Of a DNA stretch of 64,000 nt, positions 29,500 through 39,600 are shown piece by piece. The position numbers and the translations under genes were made by a program. Positions within the stretch are counted from its first letter, which is position 1, and each line of letters begins with the position of its first letter. The notes beneath the pieces are model-generated. The model made no database searches, had not been told where the DNA came from, and worked only from the letters and a program-made list of their open reading frames with translations. The DNA lies in NCBI GenBank assembly GCA_023898585.1, contig CP060229.1:726587-790586 (forward strand), given 5' to 3'. Origin of the DNA: Candidatus Nomurabacteria bacterium (lineage in GTDB: Bacteria; Patescibacteriota; Minisyncoccia; Phycocordibacterales; UBA918).

Positions 29500-30368
29500 T
29501 TATGCCAATAATCTCTAAGTTTATTGTAGCTAGTGGCGCGAAAAATATTACCGTGGTGTTTTTCCTGTTTACCTTGTTGGTCTTTCCCTCGTCTGCCAAG
29601 GCAACTAGTTATCAAACCGAATATCGACCGCAGACAGTCGAAGAAATGATTGTCTATCTATACGGAATGATCGCCCAATTACAAGCGATTATAGACTCTC
29701 GAAGTTCGGGTGATTCTTATGAAGAGATTGGTGTGGTTAGAAAGTCGTCCTCAAAAAATATTGATGTTGATACTCTGAATCCAAAAAATGTCCGTGATGA
29801 TGAAGCTGATCTGCGCGGTCGGGTAGATTTGGAGGACGAGCGTTACGCTAACGTCTGGTTTGAGTATGGTGATAATAAATATGATTTGGAAGAAAGTACG
29901 AGTAAAAGAAAATTGTATGATCGCGATGGAGAGGTGCGGACTTTTGCTGTGAACATTGATGATTTGGAAGAGGGGGAGAAGTATTATTATCAAGCGGTAG
30001 GATCAGATACTGACGGTAAGAAATCCTACGGTTCAATAGTGTCGTTTACCACCGATGGTAGTAGGAGCCGTAATACCGGCTCGAATAACGGTTATGAATT
30101 ACGAATCAGTGACACAGCGATTGATAGGGGAGATAAAATAACAGTTGATTGGAAAGTCCCAGCAGGGGACGAAAGCCCTTCGAATTGGATAGGTTTGTAT
30201 AAAAAAAGTGACAAAGACGAGGAGTATAGGCAATATCGTTATATCGCAAATGATACGAACGGAACGGTAAAGTTCACTGTGTCAGAGAGAGGCGAGTATG
30301 AATTTAGACTTTTCCTCAATAACACTTATGATGATGAGGTGAAGAGCAAAAGATTCGATGTTGATTAA
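29490..30368 (+). CDS. hypothetical secreted protein (Ig/FN3-like beta-rich)
   Basis: Signal peptide (more likely from the second Met at 29502). Highly charged and Tyr-rich. Confidence 0.4.
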   Translation: MQLIMPIISKFIVASGAKNITVVFFLFTLLVFPSSAKATSYQTEYRPQTVEEMIVYLYGMIAQLQAIIDSRSSGDSYEEIGVVRKSSSKNIDVDTLNPKNVRDDEADLRGRVDLEDERYANVWFEYGDNKYDLEESTSKRKLYDRDGEVRTFAVNIDDLEEGEKYYYQAVGSDTDGKKSYGSIVSFTTDGSRSRNTGSNNGYELRISDTAIDRGDKITVDWKVPAGDESPSNWIGLYKKSDKDEEYRQYRYIANDTNGTVKFTVSERGEYEFRLFLNNTYDDEVKSKRFDVD

Positions 30369-30539
30369 ATAAAAAAGTGCTAGTAGAAACTTTAAACTCT
30401 TATATCATCCTCAACTAACGCTTGAACAACAGAAAATTGTTGAGGTTTTTCTTTCAATGGTTAGTGGGGGAAGGTATTATTTCACAAAAACTTCAAAAAT
30501 CTGCGTATGTGTCATTATGGATAGTGTAGAATATAACAG

Positions 30540-31430
30540 ATGAAACTGGATTCCGGAATCAGAAATATAATCATTCTAGTTTTCTTGGTCTTTACCCTGA
30601 CCGGTTTTTTGATTTTTTGGTTAACTGGCAGAGATGCTGGCAAAGAGACTCCCTCAGTCGATATAGGCGTTACTTTCCCGCAGGGTGGCGAGAGAGAAAT
30701 AGTTGTCAATCAAAGTGAGACTCTAACAATGGCTTCGGAAGATGATCTGAAGAATAACGAAGGTGAGGGCAGTCAGGAAGGCTCGTTGCAAACTCAATCC
30801 GATTGGAGAGATGAAGTGATTGAACTTTCGCAAAACGGAGACGATACACTGAAGGGAGACACGTTCATTTCAACCGGAATCGAGAGTGGATCAGATTCAC
30901 AAGATGAACTCGAGGCATTATTTCTTGCTTCGGAAAGACTGGCTAGTCTTACGCCACAACAACTCGATTTAAGTTCTATACCGGGAATACCAACCATCGA
31001 TACTTCAGATTCGTTGGATTGCGGTCGATTTGTCATGCCAAGTACTGAGTCTGCCACAAAGGAGACACTTAAAGAGCTTGAAGAAAACGAAACTTTAAAA
31101 TGTATGGGGAAGGCGATTGCTGATAATTGCACTACCGCACAAATAGACATAATCAATCTAGGTTTTCATGGACACGCCTATGTTTCTGCTTTGGAAGATG
31201 GTTCGTGTGGTTTTGGATTTACTTTTGGTGACGAAGAATTGGTCACTTTTTGCGGGATTGAGTCTACCATGAATGCATCGACTGGTGAGAATAGAAGCTT
31301 TGACGAATGGAGAGAACACTTTGCCAAAAACCCGGGGGAACTTTTTGCCAGCCTGTATATCGATAACCCCGGTCCGGTAGAGGATGAGTCCGGTGCGATA
31401 AATTGCAGTTTTGGGCAAATTAAAATTTAA
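30540..31430 (+). CDS. hypothetical acidic membrane-anchored secreted protein
   Basis: N-terminal TM, acidic Ser/Glu-rich middle, Cys-containing C-terminal domain. Confidence 0.4.
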   Translation: MKLDSGIRNIIILVFLVFTLTGFLIFWLTGRDAGKETPSVDIGVTFPQGGEREIVVNQSETLTMASEDDLKNNEGEGSQEGSLQTQSDWRDEVIELSQNGDDTLKGDTFISTGIESGSDSQDELEALFLASERLASLTPQQLDLSSIPGIPTIDTSDSLDCGRFVMPSTESATKETLKELEENETLKCMGKAIADNCTTAQIDIINLGFHGHAYVSALEDGSCGFGFTFGDEELVTFCGIESTMNASTGENRSFDEWREHFAKNPGELFASLYIDNPGPVEDESGAINCSFGQIKI

Positions 31431-31501
31431 AATATAGCCTGATCGTAAGTTAAATTATAAATACAGGCACGGTTGCTTGTTGATACAAAGTTTTGACGAC
31501 T

Positions 31502-32938
31502 TTATATCCTTTCGATCGACATGGTATTGGTTGTGCCGGAAATTCCGAAAGGAATACCTGCGCCAAGAATAAAAATGTCGCCATTTTTTGCCAAGTCATT
31601 CTCTAACACGATCTTCCTTGCTAATTTCTTTGCGTCGGTAAAACCTTTGATTTTTTTAATCATTACCGGTTCGCACGCAAACACAATCAGCATTTGATTG
31701 AAGGTTTTTTGGTGTCGTGTTAAAACCAAAATAGTTTTGTTAGGACGATGTCTCGATATCATTCTGGCTGTATGACCGCTTTCGCTAAGGGCTACTATTA
31801 CACGTGCGTTAGTTGGTCTCACGCTATTGGCAATCGATTGAGTTATTGCATCGCAGGAATTTAAAATCTCACTATCCCAGGCTGGTTTTTTATTGAAGAA
31901 ATAAGGGTCGTTTTCAATTTCGTATGCTACTTTAGACATCACCTCGATAGTCTTATCCGGATGTGTTCCAATAGCTGTTTCGTCTGAGAGCATCAGTGCG
32001 TCGGTGCCGTCAATGATAGCGTTCGCAATATCTGTGACTTCCGCTCTGGTTGGAGTGGCTGAAGTTTTCATGGAATCCAACATTTGAGTCGCGGTTATTA
32101 CCGGCTTGCCGTGTTTGTTGGCGAGGCGAATAATATTTTTCTGCAACAAGGGTACTTTTTCAAGTGGCATTTCTATCGCCAGGTCGCCTCTCGCAACCAT
32201 TATTGCATCCGTCTCCTTCATTATTTCTTCCAGGTTTTCGATAGCTGACTTTGTTTCGATTTTTGCGATAATCGCGACAGTACTGTTTTTCCGGAGTAAT
32301 TTACGAAGGAGGAGGATATCATCCTTTGTTCTAACAAATGACAGTGTTACAAAGTCTACGTCTTGAGCCAGGCCAAATTTTAAATCCTTTCTATCTTTGG
32401 GTGTAAGTGATGAGATAGTGAGGTTTGCATCGGGAATGTTAACCCCACGTCGACCTTTAATAGTTCCTCCCGACAAAATTGTAGTTTCTACTTGAGTGTC
32501 TGTAAGTCTTTCGACTAATAATTTTTGTTTACCATCGTTAAGGTAAATGTTCATACCGACTTCGACCTCTTGGGGAAGTTTGTCATAATTAACAAAGACT
32601 TTTTTTACAGTTCCCACGCATGGATTTGTGGTGAGAGTCAATTTCTCACCTTCTTTCAAGGTTACTTCATCAGTATCAAAATCACCAATGCGAATTTTTG
32701 GACCTGATAAATCTTGTAAGATCGCAAGTGGCAATTTAGCTTTCTTTGATGCTAGTCGAGCATTTTTGATTGTCTCACCGTGACTTTTGTGATCTCCGTG
32801 ACTCATGTTAATTCGCGCTACATTTAGCCCTTGTTGCAACATCTTTTCGATCATTTCAGCCGAACCGGAACTCGGTCCCAGAGTACCGACAATCTTTGTT
32901 TTCGTTTTTAACATCTTATTCATGGTTATATCATTCAC
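31502..32938 (-). CDS. pyk: pyruvate kinase
   Basis: KTKIVGTLGPSS N-terminus, MVARGDLAIEMP, and ~475 aa length. Confidence 0.9.
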   Translation of the reverse strand: MNDITMNKMLKTKTKIVGTLGPSSGSAEMIEKMLQQGLNVARINMSHGDHKSHGETIKNARLASKKAKLPLAILQDLSGPKIRIGDFDTDEVTLKEGEKLTLTTNPCVGTVKKVFVNYDKLPQEVEVGMNIYLNDGKQKLLVERLTDTQVETTILSGGTIKGRRGVNIPDANLTISSLTPKDRKDLKFGLAQDVDFVTLSFVRTKDDILLLRKLLRKNSTVAIIAKIETKSAIENLEEIMKETDAIMVARGDLAIEMPLEKVPLLQKNIIRLANKHGKPVITATQMLDSMKTSATPTRAEVTDIANAIIDGTDALMLSDETAIGTHPDKTIEVMSKVAYEIENDPYFFNKKPAWDSEILNSCDAITQSIANSVRPTNARVIVALSESGHTARMISRHRPNKTILVLTRHQKTFNQMLIVFACEPVMIKKIKGFTDAKKLARKIVLENDLAKNGDIFILGAGIPFGISGTTNTMSIERI

Positions 32939-33069
32939 TAATTAATTTGTTATTTTAACATTATTTTGTTGGCAGTCTTGCGCTCTGCCCCTAACAAAGG
33001 GAAAAGTCAATAATTAAACCTGACTCATGTTATCCTGATAGGGTGTGTTATTAGTTAAGGAATCAATTC

Positions 33070-34191
33070 ATGCTGAAGTTAATTAAATGGGCGGTATTTT
33101 TACTCATCATCCTTATCGTGGTTGGTAGTATTAACGATAGTAAAGATGATCCGATTTCCAATCAAGCTGAAGTGACAGTATCTGAGATAATTGTTAATGG
33201 GGAAGACGTTACCACCGGCCTGGCAGATCCCTCTATTGAGTATGGAGCTGATTCGACCGGGTGGATGGCATATTCTCATATGAATACGATTAAAAATCAT
33301 TTGTATGTTGAGACTCATTTGGCGCGGAGTGACAACAGTGGAGATACTTGGGAGTATGTCACGGATCTTAATGAGACAAAGAATGATGAGGCAAAGCAGG
33401 GTATCTGGAAAAATGAAACGTCAAGCTTGGTGTTTGATCCCGGCGACATCCCTTCTCGTCAGTGGAAAATTTTTTATGCCACCTGGTTTTTACCGTATGA
33501 AAAAGTCAATGGAAATCTGACGTTCGAGCACAGTTCAGTTAGGTATAAAACAGCTGGTTCGCCGGATGGAGTGTGGTCGGAGGAAGTGTGTTTGTTTGGT
33601 AACAAAGATGAGGGTTGTCAGCAAGAATTTTCTGAACTCGACCCTAGTCTTGAGAATATGGTCTTGATGAATGAGCTTGGGAGTATCGCTGTGAAAGGAA
33701 CCCTTTACATGAGTGCGGATGTGAGCCCGTCAAACACCGGGCTTGGAACTATTGACGAGATTAAGGCACGTAAGATAGTCCTTTTGTCATCAAAAGATCA
33801 CGGTATCACATGGAGGTTCGTAAATACACTGACTGATTTCGATGACGCGTCATCTCTCAACTATTTCGTCTTTACCGCGTCAAGTCTGGTTGAAAAAGAT
33901 GGCGTGCAGTTTCTTATGTTTACACCTTCCGGCGCCATGAACAAGAAAGACAAAAACCACGATGGTGTGTATGTTGTTGAATTTGAAGATATAAGCAAAG
34001 GTTTGTTAAAGAGGGACAAAGGAGGTAAACCACTTTTCTCTGAAATTCTGGGTGAGTTTATCGAGAATGGTGGATTGGCTGATTATCACGAGAAGAATAC
34101 CGCGGGTGGTGTAGTCGGTTCAAATTTTTACGTAGAAGGATTGTTTAAATTGAAGTCTCGATTATTTAGTACGCAAAAAGGTATAGATTAG
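33070..34191 (+). CDS. BNR/Asp-box repeat protein (sialidase-like beta-propeller), membrane anchored
   Basis: SDNSGDTW and SKDHGITW Asp-box motifs. N-terminal TM. Confidence 0.55.
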   Translation: MLKLIKWAVFLLIILIVVGSINDSKDDPISNQAEVTVSEIIVNGEDVTTGLADPSIEYGADSTGWMAYSHMNTIKNHLYVETHLARSDNSGDTWEYVTDLNETKNDEAKQGIWKNETSSLVFDPGDIPSRQWKIFYATWFLPYEKVNGNLTFEHSSVRYKTAGSPDGVWSEEVCLFGNKDEGCQQEFSELDPSLENMVLMNELGSIAVKGTLYMSADVSPSNTGLGTIDEIKARKIVLLSSKDHGITWRFVNTLTDFDDASSLNYFVFTASSLVEKDGVQFLMFTPSGAMNKKDKNHDGVYVVEFEDISKGLLKRDKGGKPLFSEILGEFIENGGLADYHEKNTAGGVVGSNFYVEGLFKLKSRLFSTQKGID

Positions 34192-34196
34192 CTCCC

Positions 34197-35324
34197 ATGA
34201 AATACGTTAAATGGTTTTTGTTAGTGTCGTTAGCATTATTTATTGTCTCGCTATTTGGAAATGAAGGTGAAAATACTGGTGTTCCTGACGATGTTAAGGA
34301 AGTGTTGGAAGACACGGAATATGTAAACAACTTACTATCCACCAAACATCCTACAGTCGCAAAAGGCAATAGGTTGTTCGGTGTTGGTATGACTGAGGGC
34401 GCTAAGGGCTTCGGCACGGCTTTTGCTAACGCACAAGAGCTTGGTGTCGAGGTGGTTGAAATAGTCTCAAATTGGGACGAGGGCGAAGTGGAAAAACAGA
34501 AGTATTCCGACACATGGCTCAGTATTGCCGATTCGTTTTATCCACCACACAATGTGTCGCTTGCGCTCTCAGTCAACCCGATAGACACAAACAACAACAA
34601 GCTTCCCGACCATCTAGATAATAAGAATTTCAACGACCCTGATGTTATCGCGAGCTACAAGCAGTACATCACGTATTTAGCCACACTGGTTCCCAACACA
34701 ACGATCGTCTCTGTTGCTGTAGGAAATGAAATTGACGCTTGGTTAGGGGACAGTAAGCAAAAATGGGGAGAATACACAGAATTCTTCTGTGCTGTCGCTC
34801 CACATGTTCGTACTTCATTTCCAAACGCTAAAGTCGGTGTCAAAATCACATTCGATTCCGTTGTTAATGACAAAAAAGGCTTTGTTAAAGAAATCAACAA
34901 ATGCGCTGATGCTGTCATGACAACATATTATCCTCTCACCAAAGAAACAATGGTGGAAATACCGACCGTTGTCCATGCTGATTTTGCAACAATTGTCCAA
35001 CTGTATCCGAACAAAGAAATATTGTTTCTGGAAGTTGGGTATCCTTCGAGCAATACGAATGGAAGTTCAGAAACAAAGCAAGCGCATTTTTATGAAGAAG
35101 TACTTGTCGCATGGGACAACAACAAGGATATGATTCCCTTATTGAATGTTGTATGGCTACATGACATTTCAAGCGAAAAAGTAAATTTTTATAAGAACTA
35201 TTATAAATGGGACGACAAGAGATTTCTGTCGTACTTGTCATCACTTGGAATACGAACGTATGATGGGGAGCCAAAAATAGCCTTCGAGGTATTAAAAAGT
35301 GGTTTGACAGAACGTGGATGGTAG
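34197..35324 (+). CDS. secreted glycoside hydrolase, clan GH-A (GH53/GH5-like TIM barrel)
   Basis: Signal peptide. VGNEIDAW (acid/base Glu) and LEVGYPSS (nucleophile Glu) blocks. Confidence 0.5.
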   Translation: MKYVKWFLLVSLALFIVSLFGNEGENTGVPDDVKEVLEDTEYVNNLLSTKHPTVAKGNRLFGVGMTEGAKGFGTAFANAQELGVEVVEIVSNWDEGEVEKQKYSDTWLSIADSFYPPHNVSLALSVNPIDTNNNKLPDHLDNKNFNDPDVIASYKQYITYLATLVPNTTIVSVAVGNEIDAWLGDSKQKWGEYTEFFCAVAPHVRTSFPNAKVGVKITFDSVVNDKKGFVKEINKCADAVMTTYYPLTKETMVEIPTVVHADFATIVQLYPNKEILFLEVGYPSSNTNGSSETKQAHFYEEVLVAWDNNKDMIPLLNVVWLHDISSEKVNFYKNYYKWDDKRFLSYLSSLGIRTYDGEPKIAFEVLKSGLTERGW

Positions 35325-35343
35325 GATAATCAAAGGATAAAAA

Positions 35344-35377
35344 AGGTCGTCCAGTCAGATCAAGACCTGGACGACCT
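35344..35377. terminator. bidirectional hairpin between convergent genes
   Basis: aggtcgtccag-12-nt loop-ctggacgacct, an 11-bp stem. Confidence 0.5.
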
Positions 35378-35405
35378 CAGTTCGGTTGGTGACTGAGATT
35401 AGGTT

Positions 35406-36002
35406 TTAGCCAAATCGCTTTTTTGCAGTTACTGCCAACCCGGCAAGCCCAAGGAAGGTCATAAGAAATGCCGTCGGCTCAGGAACCGTTTTCCAAGCCA
35501 ACACATTCTGGGTGTTTTGACCCACAAATACAACGGCTTCGATGTTGTGGTTGGGATTCCAGGGCATGGTTGATCCGCCTGGCCCCGAAACACTCAGGTT
35601 GTCTGTCAGGAAGTTGAAGTTTCCACCCCCTGTCTCCAGACCTATCTCCCATGTTGCTTTCTGTATCAGGGCGTCACTCGCAGAAGCAAACCCACCGATG
35701 ATCCCCTTAGCTTCCGCTAGCTTTCCGGACTGAGCCATAAAATCGCCGAACGGTACGACCTCCATTTCGTACGTCCCGACCCCTAAAGACTTATAGGGGT
35801 CGATACAATAGGCTATGATGTTCTTCCATCCCTCAAGCATCGTCTCAAGAGTGAACTTACCTCCGAGCGACTGGGTAACCACACCACCATCATTTATCGT
35901 GAAGTTTCCCGTCGATTGGGCATTGGTGACTTTAACCGGTACAGCCGTAGCACTGCCGATAAAGATCAGCATGACCGCGAAAAAAATAGACCTCGCTACC
36001 AT
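35406..36002 (-). CDS. secreted protein with C-terminal PEP-CTERM sorting signal
   Basis: Signal peptide (MVARSIFFAVMLIFIGSATA). C-terminus VPEPTAFLMTFLGLAGLAVTAKKRFG, i.e. PEP motif, hydrophobic helix, then basic tail. Confidence 0.65.
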   Translation of the reverse strand: MVARSIFFAVMLIFIGSATAVPVKVTNAQSTGNFTINDGGVVTQSLGGKFTLETMLEGWKNIIAYCIDPYKSLGVGTYEMEVVPFGDFMAQSGKLAEAKGIIGGFASASDALIQKATWEIGLETGGGNFNFLTDNLSVSGPGGSTMPWNPNHNIEAVVFVGQNTQNVLAWKTVPEPTAFLMTFLGLAGLAVTAKKRFG

Positions 36003-36129
36003 TTTTCTTACCTCTTCTCTGAACATGCGCGTAATGACTCTTCCTTTCTAATCAAGCACAAAAAAGAACACGAATCTATCCTTGATGCGGACTCGAATGA
36101 TAACACGGATTTCACAATTGTAAAATCAA

Positions 36130-36165
36130 AAAAGTGTCACAACGAAAAAATGCCGTGACACTTTT
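36130..36165 (-). terminator. rho-independent terminator downstream of XRE regulator
   Basis: aaaagtgtcac-14-nt loop-gtgacactttt. A U-run follows on the - strand. Confidence 0.5.
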
Positions 36166-36189
36166 TGGCGCAATGAATGATAAGTAATT

Positions 36190-36534
36190 TTACTCCATCA
36201 TTGCCCCCATAACGTCTTTAACTTTTTGTTTACCGGTCTCGGTCAGTCCGTCATACGCCTTGGCGATACTTATTGATTCCTCGCTTAAGAACGGTGCTTC
36301 ACCGAACATTAACCAACCCGGGTCAACTTGAAGAATACTAGCGATCTCATTGATCTTTCTTGGTCTGAGACTCTTACCGTTTTCGATTTTTTGTATGACA
36401 GCTTGGTTGGTTCCGGTCTCGATCCCTAGCTGCTCCTGAGTCAGACCCATCTTTAAACGCTGGCTTCTTAGACGATCGCCCATTGTAGTGGATTTTGAAT
36501 TATCTGTGTTTTCAGTATTTGCGCTTTGGTTCAC
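36190..36534 (-). CDS. XRE-family helix-turn-helix transcriptional regulator
   Basis: MGLTQEQLGIETGTNQAVIQKIENGKSLRP HTH_3 signature. Confidence 0.8.
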   Translation of the reverse strand: MNQSANTENTDNSKSTTMGDRLRSQRLKMGLTQEQLGIETGTNQAVIQKIENGKSLRPRKINEIASILQVDPGWLMFGEAPFLSEESISIAKAYDGLTETGKQKVKDVMGAMME

Positions 36535-36672
36535 CTACTAGCCTCCTAATGTGTTTTTTGATACCTGAGTGTGTACAGCTGACACATTTAATATCATAAA
36601 TAAACTTCATTTTCAACAGAGAATCTGAGGTTGTGTGTTAATGCCTTCTGTTCAGTTACGCCAATATATTAT

Positions 36673-39600
36673 TTAAATCTCGTTCATTTTTGCTCTGGTT
36701 TGTGGACCAAAACTACCATAACCCGTACTTCCCGTTGTTCCAAAACAAATAATATTGTAGTAACATTGAAACCGCCTAAGTGCTTCAGTTGTTTTCGACC
36801 CATAGAATGTTGTTTCAAAACCGTAGGAGCCAGGACCGGTGGGGGAGACATGAAAGCCCAGTGCATTGAGCTTCTTTTGTAGCATTAGAACGTCGTTGTT
36901 GTCATCACCGATTTCCAGTTTTTTTGTGAATACGTATCCAGTGGTCGCGTGCGTTCTTTCTGTTAGTTGAACTCTTAGCACAGTTATCAATTTCTTGAGT
37001 TCATCGATCTTTAACAATAACGTTTCTCTGGTCTTCTCTTTGTCCAAGTCCTTAGTTTCTTGAGTTGAGCTAGCGACATTTTCAGTCTCAGTGTTTTCTT
37101 TTTTACTGCGACTGGAACTTCCGCCCCCACCCCCACCACTTCCACCACCTCCACTGTCCGGAGCGGGAGGCACTATCACCTCAGAACGTTCGACTGAAAA
37201 CACGTGGGTTGACCAACTACCCGTATAAGTAAAGGATAGAGTGCCTCCACTATCGGTTGAGCAGGTGCTTGAATCACAGTTTGATCCTGATATCTCTGAT
37301 GAATCAGAACCGTCAATTTTTATATCGTAGTCTGTATCTGTTGCTAATCCGGATATGGTAAACACTGTCGAAGTTGCGTAACTGGAAGTAGCGGTCCAGC
37401 TTTTGATTGCGTCTTCAGAATCAGGTTCCCAGGTGTTGATCGAAATGTCCATGTATTCGGCATAATCATTGACCCCGAATCCTCCTATTGGCGAGACGGA
37501 AAGAGTGGCGGTCTCTGAACTCGAAGTCGCAGTAGTATGTCGATATTTTCCGTCTGCGTAAATTCTTATTTCACTGGTGACGTTGATGTTATCGCTACCA
37601 ATAGTAAATGGTGGTTGATACTCGTAGGCGCCGATGTCGGGGGTGCCATAAATCGGGTTCCCTAATATGTCTGAAGTGAGTGAAACGTCAATACCCGTAT
37701 CGATATTGGGAGAAAAGCTTTGGAGACTAAAATCACTATTTATCAAATCAACAAACAATGGGGAAGTGGAAGCTTGATTGTCTGTGCCCTGAAAAGTATT
37801 TATCCAATGACTATCAACCGTTCCGTTTGACCAGTTGTTGTTAGATGCAACAAAATTAGTTAAAGCACCACCTATATTGAATTCAATATTTTTGGTGTTG
37901 TCTATCAGGATGTTGTTTCGTACCGATGTGTCATTCGTTCCGTTATTTACATTGATCCCGATACCATTGTCGCGTATTACATTGTTGTATAATTGTGCAT
38001 TTTTGAGACTAGCCATGTAAACACCATTGGTTGAGCTGTTTTCGATGGTCGAGTATCTAAGAATTGAGTCTGTGTTGGTAGATGGACTTGAATTATAAAA
38101 GTAAACTCCGGTAGCGCCATTATCTGCAACCTCTAACCCTTCACCGATACACCGGTCAGCAATAAGTACCCCTATCTGGTTGGTGTATTTGACTACCAAA
38201 TCTTTAAAAGTATTACCTGACAAGCAGAACAAACCATAGTTTTCTTTACCTGCCTCAATATGTAAAGTGTTTATGTCTTCACCAGTATCTAATCTATAGT
38301 AGACTGTTACGCCTGTACTGTACCACTCACCTTCGTTCAATGAATTCTGACTGGTACTGTTCCTAACTTTTTTTTCAAGTGAATTGATGGACGGGCCGGT
38401 CGCCAAAACACCTGCACTGATGATTGATTTTTGGTAAGTGTTAGGGTTTCCTCCTCCGTACGCTGTCCAACCACCGACACTTGGATGCGATACGTCTTGA
38501 GACCCCAATATATCAGGTTTGTTTTGAGCGTCAATGCCTCGGAATGTGATGTTTGGGTCACCCAAAGCAACTGGGGTTGGGGATATATCTTCTCGGTATG
38601 GCACTCCATCGTTTTTAACAATGATCACCGTGTTGCCGGGTTGGGCTACAGATACTGCCTTGGCAATCGTGCCCCAAGGTGAAGATTCACTCCCGTCATT
38701 TAAGTCATTTCCTAGAACATTATCTACATACCAAATTTGTGATTCGGTGTAACCGGAATTTACCTGAATCGTGCGGGTTGATTGCGAGGATGATGTAGCA
38801 CCATTACCATTTACCGCCACTATATACCAGGTGTGTGATCCGTCAGAAAGAGGAGTCACAATCGTGGTTGTGGTGCCGGTTATATTGTCTGTATGAAGTG
38901 ATCCGTCTATGTACAGTTGGTATTTTGATATGCCGAAATAACTACTCGGCTCGCTCCAAGTGAAAGTGGGCAGGTCGGAGGTAACGCTGTTATTGGTTGG
39001 AGTCAAGATGTTAAAATAACTGTGAAACTCAATTTGGTTTTGGCTCAAAGGACCTAAAACGCTATAAGTATCGATACGTGAGAAGTCAGCAGTGTTATCG
39101 TTTGCGTCATCCGCTGTGAACCAGGCAAAATATTTGTCAGAAAACGCTGTAATAATTGGGGCTAAAGTACTGGTTGCTGTCAAATCAGAGTACTCCATTA
39201 TTTTTGTCCCGCCATGGGTTGTTATAACATCATTGAGTGAAAGTTCACCTGGTTGAAAGCCCGGATTGCTGTCAAACTGAAAAAGCACTTCTTTCACACG
39301 ACGAGTTTGTTTGTACGGGTAAAGGGTAAAAGTATTTTGACCAAAAGCATTGGTTGTCGTTCTGGCAACTGGAGGTTGTAACTTAATCTCGCCGTCTGTT
39401 AAGGCTGTAGAGGAAGCATAAGAAACCACGCCAAACCCATAGGTCGCACTATTATAGCCAGTGTTCCAATTTGAAGCTGTTTGTCTTAAGGAAGCTTTTA
39501 CATCAAGCCAGTTCCAGCTTGGATGATTGTACTTAATTACAGCCATCAACCCTGCGTTTCTGGCAGTGAGTTCAGAAAGTGATGTGCCACCAAAAGTTAT

